Made by a program: the position numbers and the translations under genes
The notes under the pieces: generated by a model
Seen by the model: only the letters and a program-made list of their open reading frames with translations
Databases searched by the model: none
Told to the model about the DNA's origin: nothing
From: a virus
Strand: one strand, 5' to 3'
IMG/VR virus record: IMGVR_UViG_3300044647_001784
Location: 22,297-86,296 of that record
DNA: 64,000 nucleotides
Shown here: piece by piece, positions 11,001-19,049 of the stretch
Numbering within the stretch: position 1 is the stretch's first letter
How the letters are laid out: each line of letters opens with the position of its first letter

Positions 11001-13119
11001 GTCTTAGATTTACTGGCTTAGGACCAGGAACTGTAGAGAATATTGTTTCATCTGCTCTTTGTTGAGGAGTCTTAGATCCAGTTGGTATAACATGTGACAT
11101 GTCTCTTGAGTATGGCCTACCTACAAGAGGATTGTCTTTGTCTACAATTCTTCCGCCGCCCGAAAGCACTGTGCTTCCTCCAACTGTAGAAATTCCATTG
11201 GATGTCGCAACTGTTGCGCTCATAGCACTTGCTTTTAATCTATCAAATGAGGCTGCTAAAGTAAGTACTGCATCTGAGAATGTAGCAGCCGCCTTAGTAT
11301 CGCTATAGAATGACTGCTCTACAGTTTTAGCAGCAGCAGATGCTGCCATTAATTCTGGTGTTAATAATTTAAATCCAGTTCCGCCCTTACCAATATTTTT
11401 AAGAGCTAATACTCCCTTAATTATGTATCCAAAGAAGTTTGCAAGCACACCAGTAAGCATGATGATAGGACCAGCAATTGCTGTAAGCCCGCCAATAAAT
11501 CCTAGTACTGCTTTAATTGGTGCTGGTAGATTCCCAATAAACTTTAAAATGCCATCAATAGCATTTAATACAAATGCACCAATTTTTAAGAACTGATCTC
11601 CAACTACAGCCAGTTCTGCCTTAACAGATTCGAGTGCTCTTCTGTATTTACCAGATGCAGACTCTGTAAGCGCTGTTAATTCTCGTGCTGAAATTGCAGC
11701 TAAGTCTTGTGTACTTGCTTTCATCAAGTCTAAGACTTGAAGAGTCTGGCTTCCTTCTTTACCTAAGTTTTCGAATAAAGCATTTATTCTAGCAAACTGG
11801 AACTTTCCAAATAGCTGCTCAATTGCTCTTGCTCTTTGTAATGGCTCAAGTGAATCTAATGAATCCTTTAATGCCATTATTGTGCCAGTTAAATTTCCAG
11901 CATTTTTATTTACAATGCCAGATAAGTCTATGCCAAACCCCATGAACATTTCTTTTGCAACCTTTGTGGGGTTGATAACAGATGCTAAAGCAGACTTTAA
12001 TGCGTTAGCACCTTCTGATGCATTAATTCCACCTTCACGCATAGCAGTTAAATAAAGTGCAAGGTCTTGTACATCTCCGCCCAAAGCCTGAACAACTGGT
12101 CCTGCTTTTGGAATAGCAGTTACTAAGTCATCTAGAGTAGTAGACGTCTGGTTTTCAACTGCGTTCAAGAAGTCAATAGACTCAGCAAGCTCCATCGTAT
12201 TTTGACCGAAGGCTGTCTGAATTGCAAGTGTGGCCTTCATGGCTTCTTGTCTATCTACTTCACCAAGAATTGCAAGTCTAGTTGTTTGTCTTGTAGAGTC
12301 TATAAGATCTGCGCCTTGTTTTCCAGTTGCAGCAATATCTGCTGCTAAAGCGATAGTCTCTGTAAAGTTTGCTCCTAGTCCAGAAGCTAATTCTCTAGAA
12401 ACTGCCATAACATCTTTGCGAACTTGAAGAAGATCAGCGCTTGATGTTGCAGTTAATCCTCCGTAAACTTTTGTTAAGCGAGTTAATTCTTGATCTGCTT
12501 CTTTAAATGCTTTTGCTGCAGCCATACCAAATGCTGCTAAAGGAACTGTAAGACCAACTGTTAGCTGTCTACCAGCCCACTGTGTATTCTTACCCCAGTT
12601 AATTAGCTGATTAGATCCATCCATCATAACCTTATTCATGATGGCTAGCTCTTGTCTTAGAAGCGCTGACTTATTCTTTGTAACGTCTAGTCCAGATTGA
12701 ACCATTACGTTGTATTGCATTAATCCTTGTGCATTTTTACCAATAGGCTGAATTATTGCATTCTCAAGCATAACCTGCTGCTTGGCTAAATCTCTAACTA
12801 GTGAGCTAGTCTTTTGTGTATGACCTTGCCAAGTTCTAAAGTATTGGCCAAGCTTCATTCTTCCGCTATCTAGGTTTTGACCAAACTTAGATACGTCTGA
12901 AGTTAATGTTACAAAGTGTCTAGAGAACTGACCAGTGGAGCGCATGGTTTCGTCAAACTGACGATTCATGACTCCAACCTGGCTAGTCAGATTCTTATTT
13001 AAACCAATTGTTGTAGCTTGGAGTTTTAAGAGTTGCTGAGTAACCGCTTGTAACTGCGCTGTTAGGCTAGAAAAATTAGCCGTCGCAGTTATGTTGGTTA
13101 CTATATTTTGATCTGCCAA
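2041..13119 (-). CDS. Tape measure protein with inserted accessory domains
   Basis: 3692 aa; TP901-type core (LDDLVTAIPKAGPVV, ASEGANALKS), Gly/Ala-rich segments, 'GPGTATSDSIPAMLSDGEYV' motif; follows the tail chaperone. Confidence 0.92.
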   Translation of the reverse strand: MADQNIVTNITATANFSSLTAQLQAVTQQLLKLQATTIGLNKNLTSQVGVMNRQFDETMRSTGQFSRHFVTLTSDVSKFGQNLDSGRMKLGQYFRTWQGHTQKTSSLVRDLAKQQVMLENAIIQPIGKNAQGLMQYNVMVQSGLDVTKNKSALLRQELAIMNKVMMDGSNQLINWGKNTQWAGRQLTVGLTVPLAAFGMAAAKAFKEADQELTRLTKVYGGLTATSSADLLQVRKDVMAVSRELASGLGANFTETIALAADIAATGKQGADLIDSTRQTTRLAILGEVDRQEAMKATLAIQTAFGQNTMELAESIDFLNAVENQTSTTLDDLVTAIPKAGPVVQALGGDVQDLALYLTAMREGGINASEGANALKSALASVINPTKVAKEMFMGFGIDLSGIVNKNAGNLTGTIMALKDSLDSLEPLQRARAIEQLFGKFQFARINALFENLGKEGSQTLQVLDLMKASTQDLAAISARELTALTESASGKYRRALESVKAELAVVGDQFLKIGAFVLNAIDGILKFIGNLPAPIKAVLGFIGGLTAIAGPIIMLTGVLANFFGYIIKGVLALKNIGKGGTGFKLLTPELMAASAAAKTVEQSFYSDTKAAATFSDAVLTLAASFDRLKASAMSATVATSNGISTVGGSTVLSGGGRIVDKDNPLVGRPYSRDMSHVIPTGSKTPQQRADETIFSTVPGPKPVNLRLSNSPQTYMHEDLPRIHGVTAVNGVSNGIVASEAAKWHSMTAAIAMQSKAELAILKTEVAATGTITASLADSYQALLPQMTRITTLAADETALIVQQLQAGKITVEAARAKIFALNAQVEAMMVQTAQGVAAAQARTISLTTVPLTSQPVVSATGKSNMKELFHKTETAKMVDAIARGLGVRTSGAGYSIHTTKPRFNTGGKIESFGPNKTQVTGPASITYDDRMGDVPLGGYVLNQSASMDPRNAPLVAAAPSTYDNSGSNITALLTPKETVFGPGIQDNPELFRAVDAANNGVPLPQHAAGGKIKLSRSSYGVPALTIRPLFKDKISEYRKRVAELAEQKNKTRLDPRGRDTQIIGSYGGRTWVTRGASTNAAIDDYMRSLSPSERRKAAKVIEEFSASIETTKKAAERGAPRGRDAFAIEAGHLESNKGALAKKLAENELPPLDLNKIIHATHLTRAVVINGKRYVSKYTVDYDAQSNLQANQGTLLAKDFLDRNMGRTGKYDRLMRKSGVPQEKWADTEKEIDQKIKAILRGKESKKIGDEKGDITFDSFIPLIDSSIVSAGGSAAKLKELQRNVVERKNSGGIVGGKVKPGKFNYGRLFLGMPRSIKQVEKQRQARLTMEEIDAGVRTGKYSTMPPTNFGKLDTPTTGHSFPVEGIGGVYIKPDGSKVFVKPVMDEDAALSQQRATMIVRGGHEMHSPTQEIRTMIDPTDPAGRRKLIVLESPYDKAFATQSGVFDEKAYFKQLVAANLRGDKDLSRDNISGRNVNDTGTDGVYDRASGKRRFHGEWKDGEWIDKMPSMQEMARINLLGVKGGAKRFFAEATLNIPKGMTPQQYHQKMIDEIDEVLPKLKETIAKFGDLNPTEAAVYAAMIKRLEEGRRVNWEEFHGIHSAVKVSPPKALTPAALKKLKDEAELRIRQRGHAISLSDNSFKTPLNGFNGGGIINVLKSLAMRRIGAGFGPTGAPKPSMYESAPWGVSSLSIKAAETLFASTGLRPYSQKLLYDKFAAALAKEKPYGYVKGPDGSLRNALEPSSLDAVIRKAASDLISDRSAFKQLSPIDRDILKRRYLNWDSKKDTPITAELKKKIFGIDGEREMGGPVSPGQSYLVGEKGPEIFSPLQSGNIIPQFALGGLIKRSKDFYGEKITDVSQITSKEHAKRLLKSGDPSQRAMGQLYLNNLAASRTPMPVVGTPPKPGPLSVGTTTIIGNGGVRTNVPTIQGSLPYVPSVPLQRANQAIDSAIGSIASRLKISSDKLVVRARMMGSEINSSMMALTGSIQKLGTSIKTTSTAASTSIASTVRRFTSTYSPGGSQILAYGVPGSLAAGVGQSYGPAAFGEDSGVSKAKRAGTAFSTNAKYTTAAMMHPLQFLKSKGMGADPDRPFGSGAGGMLVGTIGGMAAGGAIGNAVGGQNGMMMGSMVGSMAGPAIMQGAGKLVTSMAGKAVAAGAVKAGLAATAAGVAGLVAPLAAVAAAGYAAYKMWGHYKRGQELNIQSFGLTAEAAKKAGLRFTDFGSKIKDTIQDSEDLAAANKLVYESMKDGGTPFQMTIAEYKKLKKEVKETFAEQIAVLDRQPSEKVPDAVRRIKESLIAAGMSADEATKKVFTMLQLSNKKDQSITATIGNAKFKNITDPQSAAVSAVTSFGADTRDQGSKERAMSLNTALTATETAINDLMAKRAREVAKDVSGKKELLTYAEAEKIMLDKINRSGEARTAITQETVDEMAKANPEVKKMINGSDTVVSVWQKIRLQAQGFNGDLSQLNAAQTKLIADSFAAISDAVVAKNRVGILKDQYASLDKLEKQIKNYTKALKGQSVAEQISDRDRLKALNKQIEAINKLAEARKKALSAAQEDANLGRQIEKVRLEIQNAEAVGDTEKAQSLRIDLESLTSQQQTDAQMKAIDTAAEAAIKPLKAAADAISNKQEKLGDAAAIAAESLDKLKDRYDKQQAAIKKVNDSMTALYGNAAAAGLTVEAYAKKNKEASAGFVAAMQAATGAAMPKYKERTYYNGSMLVTEKVPIAPYENALELLAKSGAATGVNTALVKALGDGATLKDVVDAVKGINGKPALRENIKVTGDYSDSKETKEYDGKKVQVLNAQARDAIRKRLDLQPGETFIVDGQRYRQNTTGGTPIWTGPAPKGPALHEGGKVSGPGTATSDSIPAMLSDGEYVFSAKAVDAAGGPDAVDSLHKALRRAEGGPVGKQKPQKQQLPFFPWRPDLPDYWSNGKPTGDPRTGRWGELRYNPSKGKDIWGGTEIPGLKFTGKTPQQSDYWHQMAEQPSKYRGPGMGIDKDPMRLAGSGASMGFSGNGAYGFGPLLFHKGGPVGHRHGRNLPEKQNWFQRYVSELTKSQKEAAGMLPSFMTSNNKADALGAGSILRKMAGQAESGDTLSSILFPLNFLGMGSARSALANPTANVAKQSSSLGAPLIRALSKIPSLGKDLLKLVTWNTLGKVKPLQNNLYKAIGLKPEGLIRKFKNAFDYTSTTGKSYFEDIVNRPPPPRRSGSGAPPGPANDDDWFTNLPPSKLHPMQALGEAAAAMKNKFINPVMTPLKNGVGKLTSMFSKENISQKLLKFSPKMISDFLYRYTPVGSIQALRSAKKMNMSKTTADTGLGLDLSLEELFKQDFYHGGNLPEDLLNRLTPSSKNVSLSGNIFNFDLFATVEKIMAREYAVGKNAEKGGSLWKTLFRVPEDMSKVWDMRGGAPSLWSQNKKGYAAVEKYFIDVLKMSREEARDMLAGERVPGVARLSKALIDRLSLFQGEYLNEAFAVNGKGGPKWLMDTIVHTGGKLTNSDTFHAVVATLDPENRIKLLKNILPKSELIKTHGVLDEFLPSTLERFIEQYEKYGKSFKPLLEGIWPAIHNSTSAATGGYISNGKLNVPKFKDGINVVPQDMLALIHKNESIIPATMNPFNPEAAMPRYNFDRPSFGIRGEGSSGASYTVNQNIYASDGMDVEALSNIIVRKAEAVIGQKAKVNVKMVGQGKNI

Positions 13120-13122
13120 CTC

Positions 13123-13488
13123 TTACTCCTTTTTGTATCCGAGGCCAGCTCCGATACCAAATCCTGCGTCTGATGCAAACTGACCTTGTAGCGAAACAAC
13201 ATCTGATGCATCTGCAGTAATTCCAAGTGCTTTTCTTTTTACATCTTCAAAGCTCTTGGGTCTTTCTTCTTCGCCGCCATCAAGGTCTACACCTTGTATT
13301 GCAGCTAAGAACTTTCTTTTTTCTGACTCAGACTTTTGCATAGATGTAAAAGTTTGAATCAGTTCTGGCATTGAAAGATTATCTTCCAATTCCTCGTAAT
13401 TCTTATAGTTTCCTATTAGAAATACTTCTCCTTCTAAGGCAGCTAGATCTAGTTCTGACCAGCTAGAACCGCTGCTGCTAGCAAATTT
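13123..13488 (-). CDS. Tail assembly chaperone, -1 frameshift extension (gpGT-like)
   Basis: The -1 frame is open from slippery A AAT TTG (13488-13482) through SSSGSSWSELDLAALEGEVFLIG into the 13123-13389 ORF. Confidence 0.75.
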   Translation of the reverse strand, partial: KFASSSGSSWSELDLAALEGEVFLIGNYKNYEELEDNLSMPELIQTFTSMQKSESEKRKFLAAIQGVDLDGGEEERPKSFEDVKRKALGITADASDVVSLQGQFASDAGFGIGAGLGYKKE

Positions 13489-13781
13489 GGATCGTCCATC
13501 TTAATGCCGCCGCATACTTCAAGGATACGATTAATTGTTGGTACATCTAATACGTCCTCGAATGCGTCTCTATCTGCAACTAATTCTGGAAGCTGCTTTT
13601 CTAGTGCTACTGCACAAGCATCAATAAGAATTGTTAAAGTTTCATCTTCTGTAGTTACTTCTGCTGTCTTACTAATAGCAGCCATAAACTTTCTAAGCTC
13701 TTTAATTGTTAAAGGCTTTAGCTTTACGTTTGCCCCGTTTTGTAGCTGAATTTCTTCTACATCATATACTGTTGTTGCCAA
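13449..13781 (-). CDS. Tail assembly chaperone (gpG-like)
   Basis: 110 aa between major tail and tape measure genes; slippery heptamer near the 3' end; GGAGG RBS before the TTG start. Confidence 0.8.
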   Translation of the reverse strand: MATTVYDVEEIQLQNGANVKLKPLTIKELRKFMAAISKTAEVTTEDETLTILIDACAVALEKQLPELVADRDAFEDVLDVPTINRILEVCGGIKMDDPNLLAAAVLAGQN

Positions 13782-13844
13782 TTTAAATCCTCCTAGGATC
13801 TCGTCTTAATTATTGTATCATATCAGAAATACCAATACAATAGC

Positions 13845-13872
13845 AAAACCCCCTAATTTCTTAGGGGGTTTT
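13845..13872. terminator. Intrinsic terminator after major tail gene
   Basis: AAAACCCCCTAA-tttc-TTAGGGGGTTTT inverted repeat with T-tails on both strands. Confidence 0.8.
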
Positions 13873-13890
13873 GTAATTAATTATTATTAA

Positions 13891-14655
13891 TTATACTGCT
13901 AGAACGCGGTCTACGATGAAACCATATTCTTGGCCGACCTTTGCGCCGTCTGGTAGCAAACGGAATGTAACTGGGAATGTTGATGCTGCGTTACGAGCCA
14001 AAGAGAACTGTGACTGTTGTACAGAAAGAACACGACGTGCATAGTATACACGCTCAGTTAGAGTTGCTTCAGATGTTGGTGCCTGACCTACTGCAATAAG
14101 TTGACGCTCTGTTGGCTGCTCACCAAGAGCTCCACCTGCAAGTCCAAGCTTGTCCTCTGCTGCTAAACCAGTAGCAACAGTCTGTCCTGTCATCTTAGGT
14201 ACTAATGTGCTTGAACGCTGACCGAATACTGCTAGAACGTTCTCAAGAGTACCTTCTGCCATTTCTGTTGCGATCATAACTTCCATTGACTCCTTGAAAA
14301 GCTTTGCTGTATCAAGAAGCTGATCTACTGTTACTGAACCGTATGATGGGTTGTATGTAACCTGAAGACCGTTATTTGTAAAACCTACGTTGCGATAAAA
14401 TGCACCCTTGTCATCAAGAGCTGGTGCTGTTGCGCCAGTTGCTGATGTTGCTACATCTACTGCATTCAAAGAATCAATGTATGATGTTGCTGACTTAAAT
14501 GCTGGTACTGTCTTGTTCTTGTTTGCTGCAAAAGCATTAAGAACTCCTGCTTCAGCATTTGGGACGTAATCTGAATCGGTAACATCTGTCACTGAAAGAA
14601 ACAGTGGTGATGCACCAACAAGTATGTTTTTTGCATTACCTGTAATTTGTGCCAT
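13891..14655 (-). CDS. Major tail (tube) protein
   Basis: 'NILVGA', 'NVGFTNNGLQVTY', 'VTVDQLLD', 'FPVTFRLLP'; position before the chaperone and tape measure genes. Confidence 0.85.
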   Translation of the reverse strand: MAQITGNAKNILVGASPLFLSVTDVTDSDYVPNAEAGVLNAFAANKNKTVPAFKSATSYIDSLNAVDVATSATGATAPALDDKGAFYRNVGFTNNGLQVTYNPSYGSVTVDQLLDTAKLFKESMEVMIATEMAEGTLENVLAVFGQRSSTLVPKMTGQTVATGLAAEDKLGLAGGALGEQPTERQLIAVGQAPTSEATLTERVYYARRVLSVQQSQFSLARNAASTFPVTFRLLPDGAKVGQEYGFIVDRVLAV

Positions 14656-14775
14656 GTTGTAAAACCTCCATTAAATAAATATATATATATTGACTTGCTG
14701 TATAACTTTAAATTAAGCTGGCTAGGCTCTTTTCCTCTTGGTATAATTTTATCTTACAATCAACTAAAAGGCAAA

Positions 14776-15282
14776 CTAGTCAAATCTACCCTTTGGGCCA
14801 ACTGTCCTAGAGTATTTGACCTCTATAATAACATCTGCCGCCAAGAAGCCTGCTAGCTCTGTAGATGGCTCTGTTGGGGACATCTCTAGTATAAGGGTGT
14901 TGTGGAATATGATCTTGTCTGTTGATCTTGATTTATTTAGGTCTCTGGCTGAATCGTCCATTCTTCTAAAAACATCCATCATCATGTTTCTGATTATATT
15001 GATTTCGGCAAAGTCCACTGAGTATATTGTAAAGGATATCTTCTCACAGCATATAAGCCAATTTTCTTCATAGGTGCTTCCAATCTTGTCATAAACAATA
15101 TGGGTCTTGCCGCTTAAGAATTGATTCATTTCTGGAGCCTGCTGAACTGGAATAATTGGAATTATAGATTCGCCAAGATTATCGCTATAGTAAGCATTTT
15201 GATCAATTATGTTATTTGACAAAAGCTCTTGCCAAAGATGTTTTCTTATCTCGTACATGGCGTCTATTCCATAATTAGTCAT
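14776..15282 (-). CDS. Tail terminator / completion protein
   Basis: 168 aa directly upstream of the major tail gene; synteny only. Confidence 0.55.
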   Translation of the reverse strand: MTNYGIDAMYEIRKHLWQELLSNNIIDQNAYYSDNLGESIIPIIPVQQAPEMNQFLSGKTHIVYDKIGSTYEENWLICCEKISFTIYSVDFAEINIIRNMMMDVFRRMDDSARDLNKSRSTDKIIFHNTLILEMSPTEPSTELAGFLAADVIIEVKYSRTVGPKGRFD

Positions 15283-16076
15283 TAAAATACTCCTCCGAAT
15301 TTTTCTGTTAGTGCCGCCTCGGCCTGTAGTCTAATTGTACCTGGACTAAAGGAATAACGCACCTTGGCAATAGATGAAGGAACTTTCATCGCTCTTTCAA
15401 ATTTAGCTCCGAATAGGTTCTGAAATCCAGACATCTTTATTGAGTTGCTAACCATTGGTCCGCTAAAATATCTACTATATGTTAAATCGAATTGATTTGT
15501 TGATGCTCTGCCTCCAGGGCTCTTTACTGTAACTGACTTACCCTTTGGCATAAAAACCTTTTCTCCATCAATTTCAAAAACTAATCTCTCAGCAGATTTT
15601 GGTCTAATTACAACTGGCATTCCTTTTTCCATAACAGCTGCTTTTCTTTCAAAAACATATCTACTTGTCTGCTCTCTATTTTTAGATGGGACCGAAGATT
15701 TTGAAATCTTAAACTCATAGTTAATTCTAAATGATAGCCCAACTCCGTCTAGCTGGTTTAATTTAAAAAGACGAGCAGTTGCTTGTCCTGTCTTATTCCA
15801 CTCATATACATGATGTAATGACTTTGGCTTTGTTCTGGCTTGCGAATCAATAAACAAACCAAAATCTTTTTCTATCTGATTAAATATTGTTGTCTTAAAT
15901 AGTCTTTGAAATGCCTTATTGGATTCTAGTCTGGCTGCAACATTAGCCTGATAGTAAAGAAATGCAGATATCTGTGCCACATTGCTATCTCTTAAAACTC
16001 CTGCTTGAGGTGCACCTACCATCAATCTCTCTAGACCAGAAGAAGCTTGAAGTAATGCTACTCCACTAGTCTCCAA
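15282..16076 (-). CDS. Neck / tail completion protein
   Basis: 264 aa in the head-tail module; 'LHHVYEW' motif; synteny. Confidence 0.45.
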   Translation of the reverse strand: METSGVALLQASSGLERLMVGAPQAGVLRDSNVAQISAFLYYQANVAARLESNKAFQRLFKTTIFNQIEKDFGLFIDSQARTKPKSLHHVYEWNKTGQATARLFKLNQLDGVGLSFRINYEFKISKSSVPSKNREQTSRYVFERKAAVMEKGMPVVIRPKSAERLVFEIDGEKVFMPKGKSVTVKSPGGRASTNQFDLTYSRYFSGPMVSNSIKMSGFQNLFGAKFERAMKVPSSIAKVRYSFSPGTIRLQAEAALTEKFGGVF

Positions 16077-16494
16077 TTAACTGGCTCTCTGATCTTTTAG
16101 CAATTGAGTTGTAAGCCATTAAATTACCAAATGGGTCTGTTATTGGTGTTGAGCTTGTTATTTCAAATACTGTTGGAGTATCGTTTGGATAGTTCAATTC
16201 TATCCAAATTGGATTATTTGAGTTGTCTCTGATATTAGTTACTTTTTCTCTGTATGTCAATCTTGTTTCTGTTCTAATCTCAATAGTTTGATTGTCTACA
16301 TACTTAACAGAGATTGCTCTATTGTCCCCGCCTCTGCTTGTAGCAGAGTTTGTTATTATTCCTTTTGCAAAACAAGGTATAGTTCTTTGATATATCCAAG
16401 ACTTTTTAATTGCACCAGTGTTTGGATCCTGATAATCATCTTGAGCATAAACATCTATTTTCATGCTAAGAATAGAGTCTACGAGTCTGTTCAT
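16066..16494 (-). CDS. Head closure (stopper) protein
   Basis: 142 aa; 'QDPNTGAIKKSW' resembles head-tail joining proteins; synteny. Confidence 0.55.
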   Translation of the reverse strand: MNRLVDSILSMKIDVYAQDDYQDPNTGAIKKSWIYQRTIPCFAKGIITNSATSRGGDNRAISVKYVDNQTIEIRTETRLTYREKVTNIRDNSNNPIWIELNYPNDTPTVFEITSSTPITDPFGNLMAYNSIAKRSESQLIGD

Positions 16495-17474
16495 TATATC
16501 AAAACCATAGTGCTTAAGACATACTCAGACAGAAGCTGATCAGCGTAATTGTTTCCAGTTCCGCTAAATGTTGCAGTGTCATATTCAAACTGCCAGTCAA
16601 ATGTCTGTATGCTCTTTAAGTACTTGTTTCTCCAGTCTTTATCTTTAGAGAAGAAGTCTTTCATTAACTCTATGGTAGCTAACTCAACTTCATACGGTAC
16701 TTGATCCCAGCCATATCTTCCTTCAATTCTATAAGCTCCACCATTTACAAAAGACCCATTATTGTAGTCATTAATACTTGGAGGGACCATTCCGTTTGCT
16801 GTGTAAACTACATTATCTAATAAGCCAGACTTATTTACTTTTATTCCAAATCCACTAGAAGATATTTCTACTGGGACATTCCAATTATCAATATTATTTA
16901 TTCTATCAATAAGAAGTATGTCGTTTAGATGTATGGAATGTATCTCATTTATTTTGTGTGGCAATGGGAGAATTTCTGATCCAGTTGCGTATATCACATT
17001 TACATCATCATATAGATAAAACTCTTGTCCAGTGTAGCTTTCAATAAGTTTTCTTGCATATCTTTCTGCTGCTGCTAAATCTACAAATGTTTTGTAGTTG
17101 GGATCAGATTGATCAAAGCCAAACCCTAAAGCATCTGCAGCATTTGTTAAATCAACATATGGCTTTACAACATCAAGAAGATGCTCTTTAACTACACTTT
17201 CTTCATCTACTTCATATTCCCAAACTAGCCTCAATGTCCTTGGTCTATTCGTTAAGGATATTGGAGGGTATACCAAATATACGCCTCTATCTGTTTCTGC
17301 CTCTTCGGCAGTTTGGGTTAGAAGTAAAGTGTTTGGATTTATAGAAGGCTCTATTGATGGATCATTTGTTACATCATAAAATTTAACAGTAGGCAAAGAG
17401 TCTGCTTGAGCTATCCCGCCCTTCCAAAATACTCTTTGCTTTACTGGTGAGTTTGTTCCTACTATAATTTCCAT
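16494..17474 (-). CDS. Head-to-tail adaptor
   Basis: 'AERYARKLIESYTGQEF', 'GRYGWDQVPYEVELATIEL', 'TGNNYADQLL' match the gp6/gp15-like adaptor pattern. Confidence 0.7.
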   Translation of the reverse strand: MEIIVGTNSPVKQRVFWKGGIAQADSLPTVKFYDVTNDPSIEPSINPNTLLLTQTAEEAETDRGVYLVYPPISLTNRPRTLRLVWEYEVDEESVVKEHLLDVVKPYVDLTNAADALGFGFDQSDPNYKTFVDLAAAERYARKLIESYTGQEFYLYDDVNVIYATGSEILPLPHKINEIHSIHLNDILLIDRINNIDNWNVPVEISSSGFGIKVNKSGLLDNVVYTANGMVPPSINDYNNGSFVNGGAYRIEGRYGWDQVPYEVELATIELMKDFFSKDKDWRNKYLKSIQTFDWQFEYDTATFSGTGNNYADQLLSEYVLSTMVLI

Positions 17475-17489
17475 TTGTTGCGTTTAAGC

Positions 17490-17885
17490 TTAGCCGTAAT
17501 ATTCCTGAACTTCCTTTGGTGTGGCTAAACGAAAACCCTCCTCTTTATCAAAAATTTGTTGAGCTGAATCTTTGTGCATTGCTACAAACGGATGGGTCTG
17601 AGTAAATGTATGTCCCATAATATCATATCTATGGTTTGCTCTTGTCATCATAACTAATACTGTATCCTCTGTGCGCTCTGCCTTTGGATCAAATACTGGT
17701 AGGACCTCAACCTCTTCTTTTGCATCTTCTACATCTTTAAGTGTTTTTTCATATACTGCATATGTAACACCTTCTTCTGCTAGTGCTGCAATTATATCCT
17801 GCTTGTTCTTAAGCCCGTCTGTTTCAACTGCAAACTCTTCTGCAATTGCCTTTAGATCCGCGACCTTTAATGTGTCAAAAGACAT
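17490..17885 (-). CDS. Protein with N-terminal Rho-N/HeH-like helical domain
   Basis: 'LKVADLKAIAEEFAV...LKNKQDIIAAL' pattern; own extended -10 (TGCTATAAT) upstream. Confidence 0.5.
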   Translation of the reverse strand: MSFDTLKVADLKAIAEEFAVETDGLKNKQDIIAALAEEGVTYAVYEKTLKDVEDAKEEVEVLPVFDPKAERTEDTVLVMMTRANHRYDIMGHTFTQTHPFVAMHKDSAQQIFDKEEGFRLATPKEVQEYYG

Positions 17886-17937
17886 TTAATACTCCTTTTT
17901 CTAGGTAAAACCATTATAGCATTGTATAATTAAAATG

Positions 17938-17967
17938 AAAAGCCCCCAAATTTAATTGGGGGCTTTT
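17938..17967. terminator. Intrinsic terminator after major capsid gene
   Basis: AAAAGCCCCCAA-atttaa-TTGGGGGCTTTT. Confidence 0.8.
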
Positions 17968-17984
17968 CTGTGATTAATTCCTAA

Positions 17985-19034
17985 TTAGGAAGCAACCTTA
18001 ACGTTCTTTACAACGACCCAAGCGTCTGCCTGCTCGATTTGAACGCCAACACGAGTATACATTGTGTACTCGATTGAGTCCTTGCGTGGCCAGAAGAATC
18101 GGTAAACAGTTACGTCACGCTTAACACCAACAACAACGTTGTTAGGGAATGTTAAGTGAACATCTCCGTGTGATCCTGTAGCCTGTGCGTAATCGCCAGT
18201 CTGTGTCTCTGGAAGAAGTGGAACTTCAACGATTGGAATACCGAAAGCGTATGGAGCTACGTATCCTGCTGGTCCACCTAGAGGAGCTACATCTCCACGG
18301 ATGATGCCTGAAGCAATATCCTGTGGGTTAACATTCTGGATGTTTTGTGATGTTGCGTATAGGTAATCCTGGATCAAGTTAGATCCTGCAAGGAAGCGTA
18401 GGTCTGTGCGACGCTGCTTGTACTTACGTGGAAGTGCCTTAAGTGCTGAGTTAAATACAGCACGAGAAAGTCCTGCACCTGCTGCGTCTACGACGTGTGC
18501 ATTTGCCTTGGCCTTCTTTACAACACCGTCAAATGCCTTGTAAAGAGCATCTGATGAAAGTGCTGTGTTACCGTTAAGTAGAACGTCTTCAATATCGTTA
18601 CCAGCCTGAGTTGCCATCATACGTGCGATGTGGTCTTCTAGATCTGGACCTTCGATATTGTCTTCTAGTGACTCTGTTGAGAGCTCCCAGTCAAGACGTA
18701 GCTTCTTTGTTGTGAGAGAGATCTTTGAGAATGTGACTGCTGCGTTTGTGCCAGTGTTGTCACCTTCTGTTGCGAGCTTCATAAGCTTCTCGCCTACTCC
18801 GACTCTATCAATTTCTGTTGTGTCAGACTTCATTCTAACTGTACGTGCGACTTTTCCGATTACGGTTGCGTCGAACATATAGTCTAGGAAACGAGCTGAT
18901 TGCTCTGGGTTGAGAAGACCACCATTGCCATTTTCAGACGCAGTGTGAATTCCATCTCCACCAGTTGTTGATGCGAAAGTACCTGTAGCTGTTGTACCAG
19001 CTGCGATTGCTTTCTCTAATGTTTCATTACTCAT
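17985..19034 (-). CDS. Major capsid protein (HK97 fold)
   Basis: 349 aa; 'GGLLNPEQSARF', 'ELSTESLEDNIEG', follows the protease gene, ends at a strong terminator. Confidence 0.9.
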   Translation of the reverse strand: MSNETLEKAIAAGTTATGTFASTTGGDGIHTASENGNGGLLNPEQSARFLDYMFDATVIGKVARTVRMKSDTTEIDRVGVGEKLMKLATEGDNTGTNAAVTFSKISLTTKKLRLDWELSTESLEDNIEGPDLEDHIARMMATQAGNDIEDVLLNGNTALSSDALYKAFDGVVKKAKANAHVVDAAGAGLSRAVFNSALKALPRKYKQRRTDLRFLAGSNLIQDYLYATSQNIQNVNPQDIASGIIRGDVAPLGGPAGYVAPYAFGIPIVEVPLLPETQTGDYAQATGSHGDVHLTFPNNVVVGVKRDVTVYRFFWPRKDSIEYTMYTRVGVQIEQADAWVVVKNVKVAS

Positions 19035-19049
19035 ATTATTTCACCTACC

